Shown: one piece after another, positions 1 through 9,629 of the stretch
Numbering within the stretch: position 1 is the first letter of the stretch
How the letters are laid out: each line of letters begins with the position of its first letter
Assembly (NCBI GenBank): GCA_963666345.1
Contig: OY762721.1
Coordinates: forward strand, 2,240,001-2,304,000
Reading direction: 5' to 3'
DNA length: 64,000 nt
Origin: Desulfatiglandales bacterium
GTDB lineage: Bacteria > Desulfobacterota > DSM-4660 > Desulfatiglandales > Desulfatiglandaceae
Position numbers and translations under genes: made by a program
Notes under the pieces: generated by a model
The model's input: only the letters and a program-made list of their open reading frames with translations
The model's database searches: none
Told to the model about the DNA's origin: nothing

Positions 1-502
1 TGTGCGATAGTTCCGAGGTGAAGGTCTTAAGCTCTTCTCCTTCGAAGACCTTGCAAAGGAAGTTTCCCTTTTTTCTCAGGGCCGCACGGGCAATTTCCAG
101 TGCCCGCTGCGCAAGTGCGAGCGAGCGGCTCTCGTCTGTTGTCTTTATGCCTGTTGTGGAAGGCGCCATGTCGCTTATCACAATGTCGACGGCACCTGTT
201 TCCATAGTTAACTTTTCAATTTCAAGACTGAAGACATCGGCATGGATAAATCTGAAATTTGCGGAACTGAGCCTTTCAGGTTTTTTCAGATCAATACCGA
301 AGACCAGGCCTCCATCCCCCACGCTTCTGATGCAGTATTGCGACCATGAACCGGGATAACATCCCAGATCCAGAACTTTCATGCCCTTCTTAAGGATTTT
401 ATGCCTTCTGTTGATCTCTTCAAGTTTGAAAACCGAGCGTGCAAGCCATTTGTCTTTCTTGGCCTGGCGGGCATAATGGTCATCCCACCTGTTACCTTTC
501 AT
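1..502 (-). CDS. rlmE: 23S rRNA U2552 2'-O-methyltransferase RlmE/FtsJ family, 3' end outside window
   Basis: Absent from the ORF track. Manual translation from the ATG at 502 gives MKGNRWDDHYARQAKKDKWLARSVFKLEEIN...VLDLGCYPGSWSQY, typical RlmE motifs. Confidence 0.92.
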   Translation of the reverse strand, partial: MKGNRWDDHYARQAKKDKWLARSVFKLEEINRRHKILKKGMKVLDLGCYPGSWSQYCIRSVGDGGLVFGIDLKKPERLSSANFRFIHADVFSLEIEKLTMETGAVDIVISDMAPSTTGIKTTDESRSLALAQRALEIARAALRKKGNFLCKVFEGEELKTFTSELSH

Positions 503-731
503 TTTATGACCTTTAGCATATATGCAGTTCCAATGCAAAAGAAAAGCTGAGAGGCCTAAGGCCTTTAAGCGCCCTGTATCCGGTAACTGAATGGGTCCGA
601 ATTTAAGGGTATTTAACGAATCGGATAATGGGCCTCTTTTAGGCAGCCATTATGTCCCCAATCCGTCTATTGGTAATAGAACCGCAAGATAAAGAGGAGG
701 TTAAAGCGCGGGAATACTCAGGCCATAAGTA

Positions 732-2846
732 TCATTTTGTGGTAAAGACGGTTACCCCGTCCCAATCGTCGGCAGGAGGGGAATTGCGATATCTTCTTAT
801 CCTTTCCATGTATAATCGAGACGGCCCGTCTTCAGGGAAAATTGAACGGGCTTTCCCAAGATAAGCCTCAGCGCCTTTCCAGTCCATTTTTCTGTATGAG
901 GCAAGACACGATTCGAAGAGATCAGCTAATTCGAGACGTAAGGGATCAATGTCGGCTGCAAATCCCATAAGCTCATAGATTTTAACTGCGTTCTTTTTCC
1001 CTTTTACCATGACCAGATCCAACTCCCGCAATACAAATCTGCTGTCAAGATTATCAGCAGTAGACTGAGTTATGATTATTGAGGTACCATATACCTTGTT
1101 GAGGCCCTCTATCCTTGATCCGAGATTGACCGTGTCACCGATCACGGTATAGTCCATGAACTGGCTGCTTCCTAGATTTCCTACCACTACCTGGCCGGTG
1201 TTGAGCCCTATGCCGACCCTGAGCTGCTCAAGGCCCTTTACTCCGCCTTTTTCATTCAGCCTTTTGAGCGCGTCCACCATTTGAAGAGCTGTTTCAGCTG
1301 CCTTTATTTCATGGTCCTCCAATCTGGCGGGGGCCCCGAAAAAGGCCATTATGGCATCACCTATAAGCTTGTCCAGGGTACCTTTGTGCTCGAATACCAC
1401 CGATATCATGGCGTCAAAATAGGTGTTTAAGAGCTGTCCCGTCTCCTGGGGGTTCAACTTTTCAGAGATTGAGGTAAATGATCTCAGGTCTGAAAAGAGT
1501 ACCGTAACTTCCTTTGACCTGCCTTTAAGATCTACTGCCTCCTCTCCTTCTATAAGGTCGTTTACCACATCTGGTGAAACGTATTTTCCAAAAAGATTTG
1601 TTATGAATTTAGCCTTGATCCTGCTGAAAACCTTCTGAACCGAGGTTCCACCAATAAACTGCAAAAGGAGCACCAATACCGGCGCGGATATTCTAAGCCA
1701 TATTAGGTAGCGGGAAAACAGAATATGAGAAATGCCGAACAGGAGGCTGATTTGAAAAAGAAGGATTAAAGAGGCAAATAGAAACCCCGGCCTCTGCATG
1801 TAAAAAAGCAGCCCCAGGCACCCCGCTATAAATGTAAGCGCCAGTATGTATGACGAGGGAACCTCGTGAAAAAATCTCTGGCTCAAGATGGTTTCAACTG
1901 CATGTGCGTGACAGGCGACGCCTGCCGTCTTGATATCCTTTGCCACCAAAAGGTCGGCAAATTTGTTCCTATAAGAGCTGTTTTCATCTTTTCTGCCCGG
2001 GAAGGGTGTTGAATAAAAATCCCTGTCGGTTGCCAGACTGCTGCCTATAATGACGATCTTGCCTTTTACAAGATCGGCCGGGAATCGGTTTTTGACGGCA
2101 TCGGCATATTTCAGCCGTTCAAAGACATCCTCTCCTCCCAGGTAATTAATCATAAGATCGGGATAAGGGAGTTTAATCCGCTGCTCACCACTTTTTCCAA
2201 CAGTGAAATGGTCCTTTTCAGAGAAGTCAAATGTAAAATCTATGTTAAGAAAGGTCCTTGCAAGTTCCAGGGAAAAACCGGGGGAAAGGCTTATGCCTGA
2301 ATCGGTAGGTTTTATGCTTAAAAGGGGGATTCTTCTTAAGACATCATCAATGTCGGTCGTAGTATTGATGAAACCGTCCCCTATCATGGCATCCTGAAAG
2401 ATTGGAAGTGGATTTACCTCTCCCCTGTCCTCTGATGCCACAAATTTGGCCAGAACCACACTGCCGCATTCTTCTATGGCTTCTGAAAGAAGCAGATCTT
2501 CTTTTTGATCATGACCGGGTGCAAAAAGGACAAGGTCAATGCCTATTATCTCCGAGCCTGCATTGCACAGGTTTTCTATGGCCGTTGCCAGATTTTTTCT
2601 GGACCATGATCCCTTTTTTCTTTTCAGTTCGCGGGCGCTTTGCTGATCCATCAGTACCAGCATGACCTTGCCGGAGGGAGGTCTCGGCCCTTTCAATCTG
2701 AAATGGCCGTCATATATGGCAAGATCGCCCCTGTCGAGGAGATTATAAGTAGCGGCCACGCATATTGCTGAAATGAAGAAAAGAGACAGGAAAAGGGAGT
2801 ATAAAAGTTGTTTTTTTTTGAACCGTTTTTTGGTGTTCATTTTCAT
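732..2846 (-). CDS. CHASE2-domain class III adenylate cyclase
   Basis: N-terminal TM, CHASE2-like region (WSR..LA, D.DDVLRR, GKIVIIG, GVACHAHAVETIL), about 3 TMs and a cyclase core (VLFSDLRSFT, DKLIGDA, GIGLNTG, DYTVIGDTVNLGSRIE). The Lys and Asp specificity residues indicate ATP as substrate. Confidence 0.92.
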   Translation of the reverse strand: MKMNTKKRFKKKQLLYSLFLSLFFISAICVAATYNLLDRGDLAIYDGHFRLKGPRPPSGKVMLVLMDQQSARELKRKKGSWSRKNLATAIENLCNAGSEIIGIDLVLFAPGHDQKEDLLLSEAIEECGSVVLAKFVASEDRGEVNPLPIFQDAMIGDGFINTTTDIDDVLRRIPLLSIKPTDSGISLSPGFSLELARTFLNIDFTFDFSEKDHFTVGKSGEQRIKLPYPDLMINYLGGEDVFERLKYADAVKNRFPADLVKGKIVIIGSSLATDRDFYSTPFPGRKDENSSYRNKFADLLVAKDIKTAGVACHAHAVETILSQRFFHEVPSSYILALTFIAGCLGLLFYMQRPGFLFASLILLFQISLLFGISHILFSRYLIWLRISAPVLVLLLQFIGGTSVQKVFSRIKAKFITNLFGKYVSPDVVNDLIEGEEAVDLKGRSKEVTVLFSDLRSFTSISEKLNPQETGQLLNTYFDAMISVVFEHKGTLDKLIGDAIMAFFGAPARLEDHEIKAAETALQMVDALKRLNEKGGVKGLEQLRVGIGLNTGQVVVGNLGSSQFMDYTVIGDTVNLGSRIEGLNKVYGTSIIITQSTADNLDSRFVLRELDLVMVKGKKNAVKIYELMGFAADIDPLRLELADLFESCLASYRKMDWKGAEAYLGKARSIFPEDGPSRLYMERIRRYRNSPPADDWDGVTVFTTK

Positions 2847-3832
2847 CGATTCAAGGCCAGGAACTGCAATCTTTCTCCTTCAATCCCGCCAAGGGATTCC
2901 GATACGATGACCATAACACGACATTGACTTAATATCTGACTGGCGGCATCCTCTTGTTTAAGCCTTTTTGCATCCCTTTCGCTTATCACAAGGTTGGTTT
3001 TCATGAGGCCGGTTGCCTCTTTTGCGTCACTTATTATATAGGTTTCCCTGCGTTTACGCCTCTTTTTTTCCGCGGCCTCCACGGATGGAACCGATAGTAT
3101 CCTCATGACTCTGGCAAAACGAAGCATGTTTGAACTGGAGAGTAATTCTTCCCGACTCTTCCCGCTCACAACATAGCGGGCCATACCTCTTTTGACGAGG
3201 GCCTCTTCGTTTACATTGCTCAATTCATACACAGGTTCCCCTTTTTCAGATATTACCTCCGGAAACACGGCAGGCTTGACCGAGCCTTGATTTTCCAACC
3301 CTCTGGCATCAAGAAGAAGCCAGGGCATTGAGGGGTCTTCAAAAAAAGGAGATTTAGGCTTCGGGAATTTATTCCATGAAGTGGTTTTTCCCTTTACCTG
3401 TTCGAGAAAGCGACTGGTTAAACCCTTTACTCCGGTCATTTTCGCCCTGTAGGTTACTTCAAAACAGGGCTCGTCCCCCCTTTCTTTAAATGTCCTTTCA
3501 TATGGTTCGTAAAGGACAAGCCCCTTGAGTTGAATAATCACCTTCTTTTGCCTCAATTGAGCCAGGGTATTGGAGTCATCCATCCTCAAACCGGAAGCCA
3601 CCTTAAGAATCGAACTCAGTGCCTCAGCCTGTGCAACCCTCAAGGCCCTTGCCCGTGATCCCTGATTAAGATGAGGGAACCCTCTTCCGATTCCGTAGAA
3701 ATACCCATTGTCCCAGTCTATCTTTCCCTGGGGCAGGTATTCGACAAAAGAAGAAAAGTCTCTATCAGCGGCCAGGATTGGTGTCGTGATAAAGATAAAA
3801 AGGAAACAAAACAGAAGCTTGTATTTTTTCAT
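2843..3832 (-). CDS. Exported protein, LPP20-like N-terminal domain
   Basis: Signal peptide followed by GKIDWDNGYFYGIGRG...ARALRVAQAEALSSI. Overlaps the cyclase start by 4 bp (ATGA). Confidence 0.6.
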   Translation of the reverse strand: MKKYKLLFCFLFIFITTPILAADRDFSSFVEYLPQGKIDWDNGYFYGIGRGFPHLNQGSRARALRVAQAEALSSILKVASGLRMDDSNTLAQLRQKKVIIQLKGLVLYEPYERTFKERGDEPCFEVTYRAKMTGVKGLTSRFLEQVKGKTTSWNKFPKPKSPFFEDPSMPWLLLDARGLENQGSVKPAVFPEVISEKGEPVYELSNVNEEALVKRGMARYVVSGKSREELLSSSNMLRFARVMRILSVPSVEAAEKKRRKRRETYIISDAKEATGLMKTNLVISERDAKRLKQEDAASQILSQCRVMVIVSESLGGIEGERLQFLALNR

Positions 3833-3879
3833 ATGTCTAATTGCGAAGGATGGTTGTTCGTAATCTTGTATATCTCCGA

Positions 3880-5022
3880 TTACTTAGCGAACTTAATTTC
3901 AAGGATATTCGCTTGAAGTCCAAGGATCTCTAATGCGGGAGCTTTCATTGCAGCGATCTTTTCAGCCAGCTCCTCGAGAGGGCCCTCATATTTTACCTCC
4001 AGCAGCGCATGGCCGGAATGAAAACTCCTCACCTGAGCGTCATTAAGTCCTCGGATTTTAATCAGACCCTTTTTGAAAAGATTCAGCTCGGAAAAAGAGG
4101 CCTTTTCTATCTTGAGCTGATAACTGCTTGCATTAAATATGTCTTGCCGCCATTGTTCGAGTATCCCCGCTACCATCTCATCGGCAAGTTCGCTTGTAGC
4201 GTCTTCCAGCGGCAGCATCGCCTCTGCTCCCGAGGCAGGACGGGTTCTGAAATCCGAAAACAGGATCTTGGCGGTGTCCGCTTCAAATGCCTTCAACCTT
4301 ATTTCGTTTGTGAAAAAACGTGTCGGCCTTCCAAAGATGCTTCTTTTATTTACAAAAGACCTTCGGACCTCACCCTGAACAAGAATCTCCGCGCCCAGCT
4401 CTTTTGCAATCATTGACGCCCTCTTTGGATCACCCCCGAGAAGAAGGCTTTCAAGCTCCTTTTTGCGGCTGACCTGGCCTGCGTCAACCAGTTGGAATCC
4501 CTTTTCGATCAATGTCCTTTCAAGCTGGTTCTCCGCATTGCGATTGCCCTCAAGGGCTACGCCCATAAAGGAACTGTCCACTTCACTGCTGTAAATTACA
4601 ACCATAACCCTGGGGTTTCGCTTTTTTCGGATTATCAGCCCTATTGATATCAGGTCGTTTTCCAGCTTGCCCATCTTAACCCGGGCTTTTATCTCCACCT
4701 CATACAGATCCTCCTGGACGCCCTGCCTTAAGATATCATAGCTTTGGATATAGCCGCCACTCTCCGTGTAGATGCGTTCCTCGACAAGGCGTTGCTGCTC
4801 GACGGTCAGCTCTGCGGTAACAAATGTCCCCACTCCCTGCTCAACCGCCTGACGGAGCGCGTCGTTAAGGGCTTCGTCCCTTGCCCGGGCGGATTTTCCA
4901 TCTGCGACACCCAGCGCTATGACCTCTTTTGCCTGCTGATCGGCATAAGCAGGGTCGGGGACAGGAACAAGGAATAGAGAAACAAGACAAGAGATCAGAA
5001 CAATTCGCGATATCCTAGCCAT
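3880..5022 (-). CDS. Exported protein with FlgT N-terminal-like domain
   Basis: Signal peptide, then ARDEALNDALRQAVEQGVG...GYIQSYDIL...YEVEIKARV, followed by a PRVMVV alpha/beta domain. Confidence 0.7.
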   Translation of the reverse strand: MARISRIVLISCLVSLFLVPVPDPAYADQQAKEVIALGVADGKSARARDEALNDALRQAVEQGVGTFVTAELTVEQQRLVEERIYTESGGYIQSYDILRQGVQEDLYEVEIKARVKMGKLENDLISIGLIIRKKRNPRVMVVIYSSEVDSSFMGVALEGNRNAENQLERTLIEKGFQLVDAGQVSRKKELESLLLGGDPKRASMIAKELGAEILVQGEVRRSFVNKRSIFGRPTRFFTNEIRLKAFEADTAKILFSDFRTRPASGAEAMLPLEDATSELADEMVAGILEQWRQDIFNASSYQLKIEKASFSELNLFKKGLIKIRGLNDAQVRSFHSGHALLEVKYEGPLEELAEKIAAMKAPALEILGLQANILEIKFAK

Positions 5023-5042
5023 CTCTTCCTCTTTTTAAGGTT

Positions 5043-5963
5043 TTAATAAGCCGGTTTTACGGTCATTCCCTTTTTGACTCCGCAGCCTTCCTTTATGGTG
5101 CATATGGAAAGCTTCTTTTTGACTCGCACCGCTTCTATGGTCGCCACCTTTTCAATATCTTCATCCAGTACCTCACCCGTATCAGGATCCCTGAGCAGCT
5201 CTGAACGGCCTACCTCGAACATGTCTCCCTGGCTTACTCCTTCTCTTTCGCCTCGGTTTATGTAGACCTTGCCTCCCTTTATAAGGACCACCGCTCCGGT
5301 CCAGGGTATGCCATCCAGTTTCGACACCAGGAACTCAACCCCTTCATCAACGGCCATTTCAATCGCCTTGCCGGCGTTGGTCTTTTTAAAACCACCCACA
5401 TCACCGCTGAAACCGCCCTTGGAAAGGCCCAAAGACAAGGCCTTTTTGGACACCTTTCCGTAACATTTCTTGGAGGCCATTACCTGCCCTGTAGTGGAAT
5501 TTACAATATACATGACCGTGTTTATCTCTGATGCACCGCCGCTTGCCCCGATCCTGAAACCGCCTATGCCTATTCCTCCACCGCCCCCGCTGGTACCGTC
5601 TTCAAAGTGGGTAATCTCTCCCTTTATCAGTAGTTGCGCCGGAGTCATTTGACCTGTAGCCACTTTTTTGCCGCCTCCTGCAGCCCTTCCGCTGGCGGCA
5701 AAGTCCTGTTCATTTAATGCCTCACCCCTCATGTCTTTTTCACCGATGACTATAAATTTTCCGGTCTGGTTCAGGCTGTCGGTAAGGACCGCTCCCCAGG
5801 CGTTACCCAAGTTCCAGCTCCCGGACCAGGCGGAGCTGTTTTTGAATTTTGCTACGGCTATGGAATATCTGAGGGACCCTTCCCCTGCGAATGAAGGAAC
5901 CGAAACAGAGGTTAAGAGACCAATAATAATACCCAATAATATGATTTTATAAAATGATTTCAT
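5043..5963 (-). CDS. CsgG/HfaB-family exported protein with FlgT C-terminal-like beta domain
   Basis: Signal peptide, IAVAKF, L.DSL..TGKF.V, AQLLIKGEITHF and a Gly-rich hairpin. The C-terminus reads VYINRG...GVSQGDMFEV...DPDTGEVL. Confidence 0.78.
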   Translation of the reverse strand: MKSFYKIILLGIIIGLLTSVSVPSFAGEGSLRYSIAVAKFKNSSAWSGSWNLGNAWGAVLTDSLNQTGKFIVIGEKDMRGEALNEQDFAASGRAAGGGKKVATGQMTPAQLLIKGEITHFEDGTSGGGGGIGIGGFRIGASGGASEINTVMYIVNSTTGQVMASKKCYGKVSKKALSLGLSKGGFSGDVGGFKKTNAGKAIEMAVDEGVEFLVSKLDGIPWTGAVVLIKGGKVYINRGEREGVSQGDMFEVGRSELLRDPDTGEVLDEDIEKVATIEAVRVKKKLSICTIKEGCGVKKGMTVKPAY

Positions 5964-6000
5964 TCTTTATGTCCCTCCCTTTTTAAGACTTTGATATGAA

Positions 6001-6029
6001 AAGATATATTAAATTGTATTTATTGTCAA
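6001..6029 (-). promoter_or_regulatory. sigma70-type promoter for the CsgG-FlgT-LPP20-cyclase operon
   Basis: Minus strand TTGACA-N17-TATCTT about 40 bp upstream of the start at 5963, with a GGGAGGGA RBS in between. Confidence 0.6.
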
Positions 6030-6209
6030 AGATGAATTTAAGCCCTGATTTATCATCAAAACGTCATCTGCGGCGTATAGATCGTCTGTATCAAAGCGTT
6101 TTCCTGAGCGCAGTGGCGCTAAAATATCCTTCCGGTGTCAGCGGGTAATCAGGCTTCACGATTATGCCTTATTGCGCATGAATTGGATACTGAAATCCGT
6201 TTATGTCTG

Positions 6210-8939
6210 TCAGCTGATTGGAGGGTGTTCAGGAAGAAAAAGCATGAAATTTGTTCCTTGCCCTGCTTTTGATTCAAAGCTCAGTTTGCCGCCATGATCT
6301 CTAACTATCTTATCCGTGACAGGCAGGCCCAGCCCTGTTCCTTTATACCCCTTGGTAGTGAAAAAATCGGAAAAAAGCCTCTTTCGTGTTTTTTCGTCCA
6401 TGCCTGTTCCGTTGTCAACGACCTGAAACCTCACACCCCATCCCGGGGGGCTGTCCGTCTTTATCTTTACGATACCGCTTCCGCTTACTATCCCTTCTAA
6501 TGTACACGCATCCACCGCATTGCTCATCAGGTTCAAAAGGCAGCGGTGAATTGCTCTTCTGTCCATCGCAACCTTTTTCAGTCCCTCTTCGAGTTCTCTA
6601 AGGATTTTTACCCCGGAAATCTTTGATTTTCTGTAAATGAGTTCCATCACCTCAATCGCCAGTTCATTAGGATCGATCAAATCCAGCTTGTACTGCGGCC
6701 TGCCCTGTTTGGAATATATCAGCATATCGGTGACAATGCTTCCTATTTGATCGATGTTGCGTTCCACCATGCCCCATCCGTCCTTTATTAGTTCTATGTC
6801 TCTCTTGCTTATGGCCGAATTGATCACATAGGCCCCTCCCTTTAGCCCCGACAATATGTTTTTTATGTAGTGGGCAAGTCCCGAAACGGTTCGGCCTATG
6901 GCAGCCATGCGTTCGGAATTCTCTTTTTGTCTTTGGAGCCTGTGAACCTCACTCAGGTCCTGCATGAAAAGCACACTGCCCACGTCCTTTGATTCCTCGG
7001 ATAGCAATGTTCCTGATATCCTGACGGGAACCGGATTATGAAACTTGGAGGGCAGCTCTATTTCCATATTTATTATTTTCCCGGGCGGTCCATGGGTGCC
7101 TCCGGAGAACGCCTCCTTTATTTGGCTGACGGCTTCAATGGATAGGATGTCATCATAGGTCTTTTTATCGATCACCTCTTGAGACGAATATCCAAGAATT
7201 TCAGCGGCGCCACTGTTGAAGATATTAATCTTTCCGCCCTCATCGGTTGCGATAATACCGTCTATGGAATTGAGAATAAGATTTTGAACAAAGGCCTCTC
7301 TCTTTTTTATATCCAGGGTCATTGCAACCCGCTCGGAAAAATCCTGGTATGTAACGATAGCACCCTTGATTTCACCGTCGTCATTTTTGATGGGTGCAGC
7401 GTTCATATAAAGATGGGTTCCGGCATTTCCCAGGTAGGGAAAGAAATTTTCCGCCTCATAAGCCCCGTCAACAAGTGGTGATTTCCTCAGCTTCATATCT
7501 TTGTAGAGCCTTTTGATCGAGTTCAGGTCATTTTCAATGACAAGGTCCGCCAACAGGGGTCTCTTGCGGGGGAAAAACGGCTCCCACTGCCTGGATGTCC
7601 CGATCATTTCTTTACTGGTGAACCGGGTGAGTTTTTCACACGCCTTATTCCAGTGAGTTATCTTGTGTGTTTCATCCAGTACGAACATCGGGATGGGGGA
7701 GCCGTATATTATCCCCTCGGCGGTCTTTTTCTGCGAAAGGGAGTACTCTTCTGATTGCTTTAATCTGAGGGTTCTTTCCCGGACCTCCTTTTCCAGCTTG
7801 GCGGAATACTGTTTTCTTGCGTCTTCAAGCTTTTTCTCGATCGATATATCTCTCACCATTATACGGAAAAGCTTTTCCTCTTCCAGCCAGGAGATGTTGG
7901 CTTCAACAGGCAATGTTTTGCCGTTTTTGGTTTCAAAGTCCATGTCAACGGAAATAAAACCGAGAATCTTTAGACCTTCGAGATGATAGGCAAAGATATT
8001 CTTTGAATAACCCTTAGTAACATCGCAGATCTTGAGCCTTTCCAGTTCGAATTTTGAGTACCCCAGCATATAGGCGAGACTCAAGTTGCATTCCAGAACA
8101 ACCCCATCCAAATCGAATAGAGCAAGCCCCTCTGTGGCGTTATCAAAGAGGTCTTTGTATTTTTTCTGTGAGTTCTCCAGGGTTATTTCAAGGTTCTTTC
8201 TGTCCGTGATATCTCTCAGTGTCAAAAGCGTTAAAGGCCCTTCGTTGTCCCTTGCCGGTATGGGTCTGTATATCGCCTCATAGTAGGATGAAGAAGCGCC
8301 TTTTTTAAAAAGGTATTCCCTTACCTCCTCTTTATTGTCACTGGAAGGAAGGTTGCCAAGAGGACAGAAGGTGTCAGCGCAAGGATTATGTCTGTTAAAA
8401 AGCACCTCATAACATGGTCTTCCGATAACATCATTTCTGCTGAGACCGAAATTTTTGAGAAAACTCCGGTTTACGGATTCGATTTTATTTTTTCCGCCTA
8501 TGAACAGGATGGAATCAGACAGGGTGTTGAAGATTGCCGTGTTGTTTCCCCTTTTCTCGACTGTGCCGTCGCCTTTCTTGTCTCCGCTTTGTTCTCTTGT
8601 GCAGGCAGTCTTTAAGAGTGTCAGCAACAGGTCGGCATTTTTGTGAGTGATGATTTGAAGGTTGGCGGGCTTTCTTTCGTTCAGAAGGGGTGCGACCTCT
8701 TTGTCCCCGGCCGGCGCAACTATCAAATCCAGGTCTTTGATCTCTAACAGACCTTCGTAGCTGCCGGTTGTGAGTATGTTGAACCTTCTTGCGATGTCAA
8801 GTATGGAGGGATCAAGGTCGGGACCGGCAATGGCAGCTATTATTACTTGAGGGAACAAATGCTTATTGCATGTCAAATAGTCCAGAATCTCCAGACATTT
8901 TTGGCCTCCACCAGCAATTGCAAGCTTGATAGTCTCCAT
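6210..8939 (-). CDS. Multi-PAS cytoplasmic histidine kinase with N-terminal Rossmann-like domain
   Basis: H-box (GLAHYIKNIL), N-box (NLMSNAVDA), DNGTGM and FFTTKGYKGTGLGL. About four PAS repeats. N-terminus KLAIAGGG. Confidence 0.92.
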   Translation of the reverse strand: METIKLAIAGGGQKCLEILDYLTCNKHLFPQVIIAAIAGPDLDPSILDIARRFNILTTGSYEGLLEIKDLDLIVAPAGDKEVAPLLNERKPANLQIITHKNADLLLTLLKTACTREQSGDKKGDGTVEKRGNNTAIFNTLSDSILFIGGKNKIESVNRSFLKNFGLSRNDVIGRPCYEVLFNRHNPCADTFCPLGNLPSSDNKEEVREYLFKKGASSSYYEAIYRPIPARDNEGPLTLLTLRDITDRKNLEITLENSQKKYKDLFDNATEGLALFDLDGVVLECNLSLAYMLGYSKFELERLKICDVTKGYSKNIFAYHLEGLKILGFISVDMDFETKNGKTLPVEANISWLEEEKLFRIMVRDISIEKKLEDARKQYSAKLEKEVRERTLRLKQSEEYSLSQKKTAEGIIYGSPIPMFVLDETHKITHWNKACEKLTRFTSKEMIGTSRQWEPFFPRKRPLLADLVIENDLNSIKRLYKDMKLRKSPLVDGAYEAENFFPYLGNAGTHLYMNAAPIKNDDGEIKGAIVTYQDFSERVAMTLDIKKREAFVQNLILNSIDGIIATDEGGKINIFNSGAAEILGYSSQEVIDKKTYDDILSIEAVSQIKEAFSGGTHGPPGKIINMEIELPSKFHNPVPVRISGTLLSEESKDVGSVLFMQDLSEVHRLQRQKENSERMAAIGRTVSGLAHYIKNILSGLKGGAYVINSAISKRDIELIKDGWGMVERNIDQIGSIVTDMLIYSKQGRPQYKLDLIDPNELAIEVMELIYRKSKISGVKILRELEEGLKKVAMDRRAIHRCLLNLMSNAVDACTLEGIVSGSGIVKIKTDSPPGWGVRFQVVDNGTGMDEKTRKRLFSDFFTTKGYKGTGLGLPVTDKIVRDHGGKLSFESKAGQGTNFMLFLPEHPPIS

Positions 8940-8968
8940 TGGAAAATTGCCGATTTATTGTTTTACAG

Positions 8969-9394
8969 CTATGGCGAAGCCCGGTTTGACCGGGAGATAG
9001 CCTCTTTTACCAGTTTTAAAAGCCTTTTCGGATCGACAGGCTTTTCAAGATAACCTGCGGGTCTGACCGCTTTGGATTCCCTATCGGTGCTATGCGATCT
9101 CTTGAAGAATGCCTCCAGGTCAATCCCTGTTTCACCTGATACCCCTGTAATCATTATAACAGGTATTTTGCTCGATTTTTCGTCTTCTATAAGATCGGAG
9201 AGAAAAGACAAACCGCTTTTTCTGGGCATCATAAGATCCAGAAGGATGAGATCGGGATTTTCAGCCCGGGTTTTTTCGAGCCCTTCTTGTCCGTCAGCCG
9301 CGTCAATCGTCTTATAACCGTGATCCTTGAGGAGTGTGGACAAAAATAGAACCACATCGGGATCATCATCAATTATCAAAATCCTATTATCCAT
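8969..9394 (-). CDS. Single-domain response regulator
   Basis: ILIIDDD, PDLILLDLMMP, ITG and YLEKP receiver motifs. Confidence 0.93.
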   Translation of the reverse strand: MDNRILIIDDDPDVVLFLSTLLKDHGYKTIDAADGQEGLEKTRAENPDLILLDLMMPRKSGLSFLSDLIEDEKSSKIPVIMITGVSGETGIDLEAFFKRSHSTDRESKAVRPAGYLEKPVDPKRLLKLVKEAISRSNRASP

Positions 9395-9510
9395 AAATTT
9401 TGCCGCCGTTAAACAGAAATAACCGTTGACTTATATCCGCTCGATTCATGCAAGTCAACCTTACTCAACAGTTGGTGATACGAACCCGAAGCGGTTATGT
9501 CCTGTTGACA

Positions 9511-9540
9511 TTGACATGATAAAAGCTATCTTTCTATAGT
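9511..9540 (+). promoter_or_regulatory. sigma70-type promoter upstream of the sigma54 activator gene
   Basis: TTGACA-N18-TATAGT, with a second TTGACA immediately upstream. Confidence 0.5.
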
Positions 9541-9629
9541 GAACAGGTTATCAGGTTTTTTCAATTACTCAATTTTTTTGTGACTTTTTATGGAAAAAGT
9601 TTGGAAAGGACGGTCTATCCAGGGAATAT

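Noticed and set aside
5043..5963. Curli secretion system
   Set aside because: There are no csgA/B/E/F-like genes nearby, and the protein lacks an obvious lipobox Cys.
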